Source of the DNA: Bugula neritina
Lineage: Eukaryota; Animalia; Bryozoa
Assembly (NCBI GenBank): GCA_964035545.1
Contig: OZ037769.1
Span: 2,604,001-2,668,000 of the forward strand
Length of the DNA: 64,000 bases
Direction of reading: 5' to 3'
The notes under the pieces were generated by a model. That model was not told the DNA's origin. It did no database searches and saw only the letters and a list, made by a program, of their open reading frames with translations. Position numbers and translations under genes: made by a program. Positions 1-12,600 of this stretch are shown one piece after another. Every line of letters begins with the position of its first letter. The stretch's first letter is position 1.

Positions 1-6
1 TTTTAG

Positions 7-3000
7 ATGCTGTCCATGACATTGGCAACAGCAATGTAACTCAGGTAAAAGATTCTTTAAATGAATAAAGATTACAAATAAAGTTTATTATCAATAGCCA
101 AATGAAATCTATTCTGATTACAATTTTTTTATATATTATATAATCTAATATATAATTTAGTTAATTGGGTTCTAAATAAATTCTTATTTACATAAAATAT
201 ATGAATATTTTACTTGTCAGCTCATTTTGTGTGTCCACTAAAACAGCTATACTAGGTTAGTGTTTTCATTTTCAGAGCTGTATATTGGGTTGTTCATGTT
301 TGTGTTTATTTATAGAATGGAGCAGATGAGCTTTCCTATAGCAGTTCTGTGCCAGTTGGAGCCGGTCTTTCAAGTGTTGGCGCTTTTGGAAGACATAATT
401 CCGTGTCCAACCCAGACGAAGTACTCGAGAATATACGTGCCCTTCGCAGGAATCTATTGGTGAGTATATCACTACGACCCCCCTGCTTTGTATTATGCGA
501 AGGGTATTTTTCATTCAATGCATGAAGGCAGTGTCAATCGAATCAAATCACAATCATAGGTTAATTCGGGTTTTCATTTGATGTAATCTGTACAAGTATC
601 CCATGCGTATTCATTCAATGCATTGAGACGTAGTGCAATAATAATAATCGAATAAAACCTGCGTCTGTGTCTATAGGCTGAGGAAAAGCACATGTCTAGA
701 CGAAATACTCAGACTTCCGAGAATGAAAGAGAGGCTCAGTCTCTTGTTGCATCAGACAACTCTGTGGCTCAGAGCAAGATTTCTCTCAGAAGAGAGGATA
801 ACCCCTCGTTACCTGCCTTGCAGTAAGAACTACTACTTCTTTGACACATAAGGCAGTTAATATACTGATTTCGTGGCAATATTTTAGTAAAATGTGTGAT
901 TGGGACATTGGCTACAGTTTTCTATGCTTTCTCTCGGTGCATGTAAACAGCTGAGCTGTGGTATACTTCCAATTGCCTGTATTACGTCGTTACGTATTGC
1001 ATATTTTGTCAAGTGTCGAGTTTTGCTGTTGCAGTGAAACTCCAAAGGCAGCTGCCGGGTATTTCCTCAGTTTCCCGTTCTCCCAGCACGAGGTATGCTT
1101 GCATAACATGCTGTTTGTTTAATTTCTCTTTCACTCTGGTTAATGCTTACACATCTATATTCTTACATGTGACTAACAGTTAATAGTGACCATATAATTA
1201 CTTTTATTTTCATTGTTGATTGATTCTTCTATAGATAGTAGTAGTTACTAAAATAGAGGCGATTTAATTACCAAACATTAGTTTTACTAACTAGTTGTAA
1301 CAGATTTGTGTTCGTATCTCAGTCTGTGTTATAGCTGATCATGTAGCAGCCGTTTTACTAACTAACTTAGTAATTAATTGTAACAGACAGATTTTTGTTT
1401 GTTTTTATAGCTGCATTTTTTATTTGATTCTGCAGATAGCAAATCGGGACTCCTTAGTGTCGGATAGCGGACTGATGGTGAACAAGGAGACAGCTATCGA
1501 CTTCAGTGATATAGTACAGCTGGAGAGACAGGTACGGGGAGACGATCTACACACACTAGACGACTACATGCAGCTGGCTGTAGAGATCTCTGTGGAAGAC
1601 ACTGTCAGAGTGCACCAGGTCACAGGATCTCTAGAGGTGAACAGTAGTCAACACTTCCCGCTCAGTCACACCGTCAGCTCAGGAGACATGGTAGACAACT
1701 CCTGTCAGTGTCACCTCACGCAGCGACTCAACCTCGCTGACGCCGAGCTGCCGGAGGTAAAACTGTTTGATGTTTTTTAGCAGTTTTAAACGTCTTTCAT
1801 AATGTAAAGGCTAGTAACTGAAAATCCTTGCGTAATGTTTTAGAGAACCAGTCTGGGAGATATTCAGGCGTATCGACGACGTTTCTCTCTCAGCTCTCCT
1901 CTCCCCGACTCCAACAGTTCTGCCAGTCTGCCGGGAGTCTTGGATAAGTTTGCTTCCAACTTCACTCGCAGATTGGCTAACCAAATGCATCTGCATTCTA
2001 GTCTAATAGGTATGTAATTGTCTTATCTCTGTCTTGCGTGTCTAATAGAAGGTGTGGTTGTCTTCTCCCTGTTCTATGTGCTTAGTGGATTTGTAGTTGC
2101 CTTCTTTCTGTTGTGTTATACCCAGGATAATAGTAATTACCATCAGTTGAATGTAAAACTTATTAGCTGTGATTTCTTTGTTTTAACAACTTCTTTGTTT
2201 CAACAACATATATGATACATGCAACATCTTGAAGTGATTAAAATTCATTTGTTTAGTCACAAAATGTATTCGAATGGCCACTTCGTATTAGAATGAGAGA
2301 ATTATTTTTACAAAATACTGCAATTATAAGAAAGTGATGTTATAGGCTCCCTCCACCTGCATATTATCAGTGCACTGAACAAACACCTGTCGAGAGTGTC
2401 AACTGTGGACAATGTTGACAAGACAGATCGGCTGATTGTGTACTGGATGAGGTCTGTTAGTTTCCTCACCAATGTGAACAAGATCTTACTTGACCTGATA
2501 ACAAACTGCATCAACACGTACAAGTCTCATCGGCGCATGTGAGTGACCTGCATTTCTACCCTTCTTCTGTTTCACAACACTTTGCTATCTCCTGCAAGAA
2601 GAGACTTTGCCAGAAGAGATAGTAAAGTGTTGATCAAGCACGCACACGATATGTCAGCTAGGGTTGGAAGCCAGTTGGTATCTTTTATAAAAAAGCTAGA
2701 AATATTTGCTATGACCTAGAGTTTACACGTCATTACTTAATACTTAGTAGTATTCGTTCTTTCCTATTAATCTATCAGCCAATCAGATAGCATTTCCTGT
2801 CAGATTCAGCGTGTGGCAGAATTTCATAAAATGGGTTTATGAAACGTACCAGGCTGTTACCTTGCCAACTAGTTCAATCCCTAATATTTGTCAAATACAC
2901 TTCAAACTTGCAATATTTGATGTATCATGTGACAATTTATTTTTTATTGATTGATATTTTATATAAAAGCAACCACATCTGAAAGGGTTTGACCGTCTAG

Positions 3001-3198
3001 GGTGTCCTTTGTAGGAGTAACGACAATGTACCCTACCCGGAGATATTCTCCAGAGTGACTCGAGCATCACAACCACAAGTCTACCGAGCTGTGACTTCTC
3101 TCTCTTTCTCTCAGGGTTTATCTACAAGAAATAGAAAACTACATTCTGTAAACCGACCTCAGTCTACTAAAACTGTAAGAGAATTGTCCTCACTCTAA
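7..3198 (+). CDS. 3' part of a multi-exon gene, uncharacterised protein (5' end upstream of window)
   Basis: Phase-consistent GT-AG exons 7-44, 316-459, 677-822, 1035-1092, 1436-1756, 1844-2009, 2346-2538, 3015-3198 give a stop-free frame (..AVHDIGNSNVTQ|NGADELSYSS..ENIRALRRNLL|AEEKHMSRR..|..IANRDSLVSD..|..TDRLIVYWMRSVSFL..|..VRELSSL*). No family recognised. Confidence 0.75.
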
Positions 3199-4564
3199 AT
3201 GTGAATTTCTAGTTCTCAGTGAGTTTTCCTGTAGACTATTTATAAATATACAAGCAGTGGTTACTATAAAACTAACAGGTTTTGTTGCATCAAAAACAAC
3301 ACAATACTGTGAGTTATCTTCACTTGTGGATCAGTGTTAAATATCGTAGCATCTTCTCTCAATCAATATTAATCAATACTCAATAGTAGACAATGTGTTT
3401 AGTTTGATTTTATTACATTGAAATATTAGCCCAAGTTGCTACATCTGCTACATGTTAGTTGAGTTGGGTTTAGCTTGTAATCTCCCGAAAGAGATTGTTG
3501 GATCAAAGTCTATTTGTCAATTTTACAATAATGTTGTCGGATCTACATGGTGTGATTCAATGTAGCTTCTTTAAATCTGTGTCAGCACAAACCAAGTCCG
3601 GCTGATTATTGAATGGAAACTGCAGCGTAATCTTTAATAGAATTTAATTGATTACATTACAATATGCCTTACAACAAAGTTTTATACAAAAACTGGCTCA
3701 CTCAACATGTAAAACTAATTGTAAATAAAAAACAAGTTCTGTAATAAATAAATGGAATTTGTGTTGAACAGATGCACTACTGAATATTAATTATTATATT
3801 TAGTGATAAAAATATTTTAAACTATCTGCCAATATTTCATCATGAATAGACATTTATTTTTTCTCCGAATTTGGAAATTTAGCCATCAGCTTTATTGAAC
3901 TGCTTCACCTTGCATGATGCAACACTATTATTGAAAAATCAAAAAATTCTAGTCCAACAACTGCAGTCTTTGTCTTGTGTTATTACTTAACACAGCTTTG
4001 TTTCCAATCTAGCAGACTGCCCTTCCTTTCATATATAGGCACTCCTTTATTAGCTGAATGATGTTCATTTCTTTGTTAGTTTTATATCACTAAATAAGTA
4101 CTATTATATCATACTTAACCACTCCTGTTGCAGCTGCACAAGGTGCAGCTTATAACACCTTCTTTGTTCTAGCAGATGTGTTATATCATTCATAAGCTTT
4201 TTATTGCACAAAGCTACTCAATGCTGGCATCAAACTGTGATAAACTATTTCAACATCATATTGTCAATATTTATAATGAGTTCCGTTTTGAAATTTATTT
4301 TACAAGCTATAATGAATTATTGTGCCATACATAATGAGTGCATACATTTCATTTGTATCAATATGTTTTTTCATGGAAATAGGCATTTTTTAAATATTCA
4401 TCACATTTTCCTAGAAATCAGATTTCTATCATATGTGTCGAAATGTCACTAAACATTTTTCCCATTTCCAAGACCTTTTAGTTAGCCCCAGATTATTGTT
4501 TGAAATCATGATGAGGTTGATCATACGGAACACTATAAGGTCTATATCTACATTGATGCAGTTT

Positions 4565-4590
4565 AGCCCCGCCCCCTCTCTCTGATTGGG
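4565..4590 (+). promoter_or_regulatory. GC box plus inverted CCAAT box, candidate promoter of the EF-hand gene
   Basis: gccccgccccc followed by gattgg about 40-60 nt upstream of the predicted ATG at 4629, in otherwise AT-rich DNA. Confidence 0.4.
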
Positions 4591-4628
4591 CAGTTTAAAC
4601 ACTCCATGGCTTACATATATATTAGCAG

Positions 4629-7600
4629 ATGGATTTACAAAATGTGCTATTAAATGCAGAAGTTTTTATTTGCAAAAACTCCTCGCTTCAATTGCTCTGT
4701 GTTTTTTTTTGTGATTGTGGTTTCAACACTGACCTGGTATGGCCGCATGTGAACAGACGACTCCCTATGGCTATCAAATTAAAATGAGATCTAGTGCTGT
4801 GGTACAGTTTTAGTTAGATATGTTAGAACTTGGCTAAACTTGAATGAACTGCATATGCCATTGAGATTAGCTGAGATTTGTTCTGATAGTGATGATATTA
4901 CAATAAACATCTATATGTAATGGACTTGAACTATTGAGTAATATGTGCGAAGGTTTTATAATGTGACTGACAACATGTAAACAGTTGGCTAATAGTAAAT
5001 AGTATTTCTGTAAACAAGATGCTTTTGACATGTCATAAAAAGGTCAATTGCCTTACATTACTTTATTAAAGTGTAGTAATCAGAAATTTCAATATAACCC
5101 AAGTTCTTCAATTTTCTAATGAGTTTTAGTTCGAGTTCTAATTAAAAATCTCATGAGAACACAACTTCTTTTACTACATTTCTCATGTAAAACACAGGCT
5201 TTTCCCTTATTACCTTTATTGTTCCTATACTATTAGTTAGTAAGCTTGAGAGTGCAGCTGTACTAGGATTTATCTGCCCTTCTTGACACTCTACTATATA
5301 TGCAGTACTCTCTCCCTATCTCACTAAGCTGTAGGGGGGGGGGGGGGGGGGGCCAAAACCTCAATCTGTGACACAATAGAATGTCAGGTCTAACTCACGG
5401 TTCCGTTAAATTCGGCCATTTTGTCCATATACACGCATGCATAAGCCATAAAACATGGGTCTAATGGGGATCTATGGGATTTCATGAGAAATGGAACTGC
5501 GAGATATGGAGAAAGCATTGTGTATAGAAATTACTTTAGTTTGACTTTTGTTCATTTAAGCTCTCTCTAATGGAGCAGGTACAACCCCACCCCTCCCCTA
5601 ATTTATACTTTCATTTTGTTTAGTTTTTACGTTATCTTTCATAGTTCAGGTGGTGTGACAAAAGAATTACTGTTTCATTCTGAATAATGTTCAGGTAATT
5701 TTATAAACTTAATTTACATTTTTAGAATTCGAGAAAACATACAAACTACAGTTCTAGATTTGACAGAAAGAGCAGTTCAAATTTTACCCGGGCTTCAACT
5801 GGAAGTGTAAGTGAGGATTTCTGGCTTTATTCAGACTATCTTTATTACTAAATAAAAAAACTCACTTTTGTTTTTCAATTCTCCATCTCTGTGAGAACCC
5901 CAGGTGGTAGGAGTGTATCTATTGTGGTACAGGATCCCTTTTTGACACCACCAGCAGTCCTTACCGCGGGACTCCAACCCATGACCCGACACTTACTTGG
6001 CCACTTTTCTAACCTTTTACTAAAATATAATTTTATAAGAAAAGACACAAATTTAAAATGTGTCCTTTCTCAACTTGGAGTATAACGTGTAACATGTATA
6101 CCCTAATACACTGATGGTATAATAATTATAGTACTTGCTGATGGTATAGTTATTATGATTTGATGTTACAGAGTTACTTTAGTTGGAGGAACTCAACAGC
6201 ACACAATTCTGATGTTAAGGTATTATTTTGTCCTTTAAACAATGTTTTATCACCAATAAGCAAGTTAAAAAACGATATTTTTTATGTAAATAATATTGGA
6301 ATAGCTTGCTGTGTATTGTTTTGAGGTGCAAGGCCTCTTTTTAAAGAGAAATTATCTGAATAACAGTGCTAGAGGCATTGTCAGGAAAATTAGTTTATGG
6401 TGGTTTTGGTACTTTGGAAAAACATACTTTTAAACAATTCTCCATTGATGTATACAGTAAATAGTTTAGGTGCAGCATGTAAGAGGTAGTTCCGGCGGCA
6501 TAAGAGGTTTTTTACTTGCATAAATAACCTAAGCAAACATCTACACTCCTACTACTCAACTTCATAGATAAAATATCAATGAAGTTGAGTAGTAGGAGTG
6601 GAGATGTTTGCCTAGATTATTTGTTGTTAGATAAAATATCAAACAACAAAGCAAATTACCCACTAATTACAGTAGATAAAAAAAGAGAAAAACAATAAAA
6701 AACAGAATAAACAAAATATAAATAGAATTGGAAATGTAAGCAATGCAAAATATTGTACTGTTGGAAGGATATTGAGTTTTTTTTAGTAATGTAATAAGTT
6801 ATTAAAATGTTAATTTTGAGTTTGTGTAAAGAGATAAAAATGCTTTATCATAGTTATTTGAGACTTCCACTTGTGATAGTTATTTTTTGTTCATTTTGTG
6901 TACTTTTCTACTTGCATGGCGCCAAAATTGTGTTTCCATAAGACATACCTTAAACTAATATTAGTGTAGAAAATAAGCCAGACCCAAACAAATGTTTTCC
7001 GGCACTTACAGTATACTGTTTACGTACCTATTTTCTTTAATTAAATTGTCTCAGATTTTTCTCTCTCATTGTTAAAACTTTATTTGACTAGAAATAACAG
7101 CTTTTTGTGTAGCCGTAATAGTTGTCTCAAATATATAATACATTGTCTGGTAGGTTTTCTAATAGTAAAATAAAATTGCAATAGATGATTGACTAGCATG
7201 TTTCTTGTTGACCTGGTTAGATTGAGATAGATGCAGTAGTGGAGAATTTGGGGAAAACCTGTTTTCTAGATATATTTCAACCCACACCCCAAACAAAAAT
7301 TCTCAGATAATTACTTTACTATAAAGATGTCTCACTATTACACCAGATCTTGGTTGTAGTTAGAGTAATAAATAGTATCAATACAAAAGTGACTGAAGAA
7401 CTTTCAGCACAACTTTATCATAGCAATCATGTCTGCCCAGCTACTCGTACTGTAGTGTCAATGACTTTTCTGGTCTTCTTTAGAAAACTTCAAACGAGAC
7501 TAAAATTGCTGGAAAGTTGGAGTTCTTAGATAAGTTGTACAAGACGCTGACTCACGATGAACAGCATCTGCTGCTGGCGGTAATGCACTCTGTTCTGTTT

Positions 7601-9536
7601 TTCCCTATATTATTATTATCACAAACTCAAGCTGCTAGCATTTTGCAAGGCTCGTGACTCCTAGGTGACCCCTAGAGTCACTTGGGGACGGAGCAATATT
7701 CCGAAGGTCCATTAGTCCGAAGGTCCATTAGTCCGAAGGTCCATTAGTCCGAAGGTCCATTAGTCCGAAAATTAGTAGACACATGATAGTAAAGAGCATC
7801 CTCACTGAGAATATCATTGATTTCACTCACAATCTAGTTTAAGTTCTTGTTATGTTAATGCTATGTGGATGGCATGCGTGTTGCCTACTTGTGATTGTTT
7901 AGCCTGAGATTACACTATGACCAGAAAACAGCTGCCTCAATTAGGGCTGCATCATTATGGCTGCTTTATAAAAAAAGTACACAGCAAGCTATTCACTACC
8001 CTGTTAGCTAGCAAGCCTGTAATTAGTATGTACACATCAGTATCTTCTCATCTCTAAGTGTTCACTGAAGCATGAAGTGCTGCGCAATGATGATAACTTA
8101 GGAAAAAAATTTACTAGCATTTAATTAGTATTACTTATTTTACAGCTAGTGTAAAAATGACAGGGGACTGCAATTCTATTCCAGCTACAGTCAGTCACCT
8201 TATATAGGCCATAAATGTTGACTATTTATAAACTGAGAAACTAAAGTAAAAACATGAAACCAGTAAAATTAAAGCCAAGCAAACATTTTGTGTCTACCGT
8301 ACTGTATTTATGACAAGCTTGGTAAAAATTTACCGGGCACCTCATAACTTATAAAAAAAAGGTTGCATTTGAAGTTAGCGTAAAAAAAAATGGTTTGTTT
8401 TAGAATTTTGCTATTGAATGTAATAGTAAATCTCTGGCTTGGTAGTTATTTATTTGGTATCGCATTCAAACTCTTTAATTATCTGTAAGCTGCTAAGCTG
8501 CATTATTATATTAATTAAATTATGCATATATCTATTTCAATTAAAAATATCTCTTTGTAATTAAAAATTTCTTTAATTAGGGATATCTGTAAAAATGCAT
8601 TGAAGACTAAAAATTATAAACATCCTGGACACTACTCTAAAATCAAATAAACAAAGCTGCACACCATAATATACCAAACCAAACAAATCCACAAGATACT
8701 CCGATAAGGGCAACCTTCTAGCTGTAACTGCCTGGCTGGGGCCACACTATTGGTATATAAGAATTCAGTCCAGCCAAATAAAACCTCACCTATAGAGGTG
8801 CTATAGAATCGAAATTTAAAAACCATGTTGTAGATCTTTCTGTTCCTCAAAGCAACTTTTTTGAAATTTTCAATAGCTTTTATAAATTTTCTATAAAATA
8901 TAAGTGATTTATACACTACAAATATGATTTTTTCCTAAGTTATCATCATTGGGCAGCACTTCATGCTTCAGTGAACACGTAGAGATGAAAAGATACTGAT
9001 GCGCACATACTAATTACAGGCTTGCTAGCTAACAGGCTAGTGAATAGCTTGCTGTGTACTTTGTTTATAAAGCAGCCATAATGGAATGTTGATAGATGAT
9101 GCAGCCCTAATTGAGGCAGCTGTTTTCTGGTCATAGTGTAATCTCAGGCTAAACAATCACAAGTAGGCAACACGCATGCCACCCACATAGCAATAACATA
9201 ACAAGAACTTAAACTAGATTGTGAGTGAAATCAATGATATCCTCAGTGAGGATGCTCTTTACTATCATGTGTCTACTAATTTTCGGACTAATGGACCTTC
9301 GGACTAATGGACCTTCGGACTAATGGGCCTTCGGACTAATGGGCCTTCGGACTAATGGGCCTTCGGAATATTGACTAGTCACCGAGTCACTTGAGCTCTC
9401 TGGCTTGAGTTTACACACCTTTTAAATATGCTTTAGTAGAAACATAAGTTTCTAGTATTGCGAAGGTGTGGGCCATGGTACTCTGTTCTGTGCTGATGAG
9501 GGGACAAACCCCGAAACAGCCGCTGTCCACAGATTG

Positions 9537-9606
<70 letters not shown>

Positions 9607-12600
9607 AAACTCACATAGCACTGCAAACTGAAAAAATCAAAATTCATCATGATTTTCAAATAGCTATTTCTCTTATTGCTAACTGTCAAATATTTCATTC
9701 AACATTATAAAAGTGATTTCATGTATTAGAAATTTATATTACAACAACTAGTTTGTATATGTGTTGAAACTCAACATCCTGGTGATTTTGTTGACAAAAT
9801 TCTGAAAAAATTAAAACAATCATAGTTCATTTCCTTAAAACAAATTGTATTGCTAAATGTCTGTACTTAGTTATATGACTTCTATATACTCTAAATCAGT
9901 GTATGTGTAATATAATACAACAGTGATCTTTTTGCATATCTTACTTGCAAATATTATGGGCTAAACCTAAATCTGTACTGAAAAGTGGAAATTGGAATCC
10001 AAAGTTCCAAGTAATATTTCACTTGTTGTCAATTATTCATTGGAAAACTCAATACATTCCAGTATTAGGTTATCACAGTGTTTAATGTTAGCTAATCAAA
10101 TATCAAAGTTGACTCGCAGTGATTCCTGGTAAAGTAGCAAATCATATAATTTCTTTCTCATTTTTCTTATTAAGCAACCCAGATCTTTCCACTTAAGTAA
10201 TATAACACACTTTCAGTGCACTATAACTAGGGATTATTATGACCCCCCCCCCATAGCGTAGATCACATGTTTATGCTGCTATGGTGGTGATGGGTCATCC
10301 ATTTCTGCTTCACCAAATCTTTTCTTCGGGATTAGAGCGTTGATGAATAATATAATAGAAAAGGTCTTCCATAGCATGATTTAAAAGCTGGAGGACTAAT
10401 AAATCAATTTAATATAATTGGTCACCTTTCACCGCTGCGCTCCTTCGAGAGTGGCGGGAAATCCACGCCCCCCCCCCCCCCCATCTCACATATCTCTAAA
10501 GAGAACATTGTTATAGACATCTCATTATATTCTATAAATATATTTGATATAATGATACTTTCATAAAAATTCCTCTCTTTAGAGATAGATATGTAAGATA
10601 GATGGGTGTCGAATGATCAAAGTAACTTTATTAAAGCATTTTTATGGACATATATTATATAAATCTATTTAATATAATGATACGTTCATAACAATTGCTC
10701 TCTTTAGAGATATGTAAGATGGAAGGGTGTCGATTGATTAAAGTATCTTGAGTTATATGATACCCTGCATACGATACAACATATTATGATATTAAAGCTG
10801 ATGTAAGGACACTCGTAAATCTATTTAGGTGCAGTGGTGGAGAAATTTAATAGCCCTGCTCTTGAGGAATTTTAGTTTGGGGAGCGTGTTGAAATTCCCA
10901 TGAGAACATGACTACATTTGCTACATTTCTAATCTAGAACACAGGCTTTTCTCAAGTTCTCTGTTACTGCACCTACATGGCGTAATGCAGTAAATGCTGT
11001 CTGTTTGTTTACTGGCTATATATTGAGTTTTATTAATTGTTCATCTCCAGAGATGATTGCATAAAAATAGGAGTTTTTGGCTAATAAAACCAAGAAGTCA
11101 TGTTTTCACATTATGTCTATTAATATTACTCCAGTTTTTTCCTCGTCCAATAATTTTCCTCCAACAATTTAGCAGACAGATGTCTAGGTTTGTAATTAAT
11201 GTTCCAGGTGGTTTTCTATTTCCAACTTTCTGAAACTTTCCTGGTTCCTATATATTTTATCAACTCTGCTTACTATTTATTAATTAAAGTTTTTTATGCA
11301 TAGATTCGAGCTTAACATATAATAAGATTCTAAGCTATATATTATAGTATATATTATAGTATATATTCTATTATATATTATAGTATATATTCTATTATAT
11401 ATTATGTACTATATATTATATTATATTATATATTCTATTATATATTATACTATATATTATATTTTATTATATATTATGCTACATATTATATTATATATTT
11501 AATCCTCGAAGTAAAGGTATGATGTTGTAGCTGTTTGCCGTTGCCAATGGGCATGCTCAGGAATCGGACGTCAGTGAGAAGGAGCTCCACTTGATCTTCT
11601 CCATCACCACAGGATATAACTTTACGTTAGCTCAGTGCAGGAAGTTCATAGCAGAGGTCGACGTGGACGACGATATGAGTCTCGGCTTGTATGACTTCTT
11701 GGCTGTGCTCTATCTTACCGAGTCTTACCTAATAGCCATCGCAGGTAATTCCTACACTGCTTCTGCAGGTAGTATTTATATTGCTGGCAGACTGTATACT
11801 TGGTATACTCTGTACTATGTACTCTGTGTACTCAGTGTACTCTTTACTATATACTCTGTATATTCTGTAATATGTACTGTATACTCTCTACAGTCTACTG
11901 TATACTATATACTCTACATACTATATACTATATACTCTACATACTATATACTATATTATACTCTACATACCATATACTATATACTCTACATACTATATAC
12001 TCTACTACATACTCTATATACTCTACATACTATATACTCTACATACTATATACTCTGTACTATGTACTGTAGGCGGCTTTCTAGACTCCAAACTCGCCCA
12101 GTTATCTCTCTCCTTCACCTCCACTCACGCCCTTCTCTTCACTGCCCTCTCTCAACTCTGTCTACTCCACCATCTCAAACTTCCTGAGGTGAGCTCAACG
12201 TCATCTCATATAAAACAGCCTCGTAGCACAATTAAACAAAGTATTAGAGGCAATCTGAAATGTTCTCTGTCCAATTTCAGCATAGAAATATCTTCCATCA
12301 CCTGACGAGTCCTCCTCCATTTCACGGCAGCGCTGCTGCCTTTGAACAGACGTTTGTCAGACCCAAACTCTTCTCTTTCTCTCTTCTGGGTCAACATAAT
12401 TCATACTTCGACTTGATTGGCTGGAAACTGATGAACTCCACTTTAGTGAGATTACCTCCCCTTGCCAGGTGTGTATACCTGCTTTCCACCCCTTACCAGG
12501 TGTGTATAAATGCTCTCCACCCCTTATCACCCTTTACCAGGTGTGTATACCTGCTCTCCACCCCTTGCTATTTGTGTATAACTACTTTCCACCCTTTGTC

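Noticed and set aside
260-463. ORF-track protein MFSFSELY..
   Set aside because: Wrong frame; splice-phase continuity supports the NGADELSY.. frame for exon 316-459.
7700-7770. 16-bp repeat arrays (also 58141-58415) as CRISPR-like
   Set aside because: No unique spacers, eukaryotic context; these are transposon subterminal repeats and minisatellites.
9411-9710. YI-repeat ORFs (also 40478-40801, 14721-15044, 56614-56952, 63030-63263)
   Set aside because: Translations of micro- and minisatellites.
7520-11744. EFCAB9 identity for the EF-hand gene
   Set aside because: Only a weak remembered resemblance (LDKLY vs LDKIY plus a generic EF pair); the C-terminal region and length do not fit.
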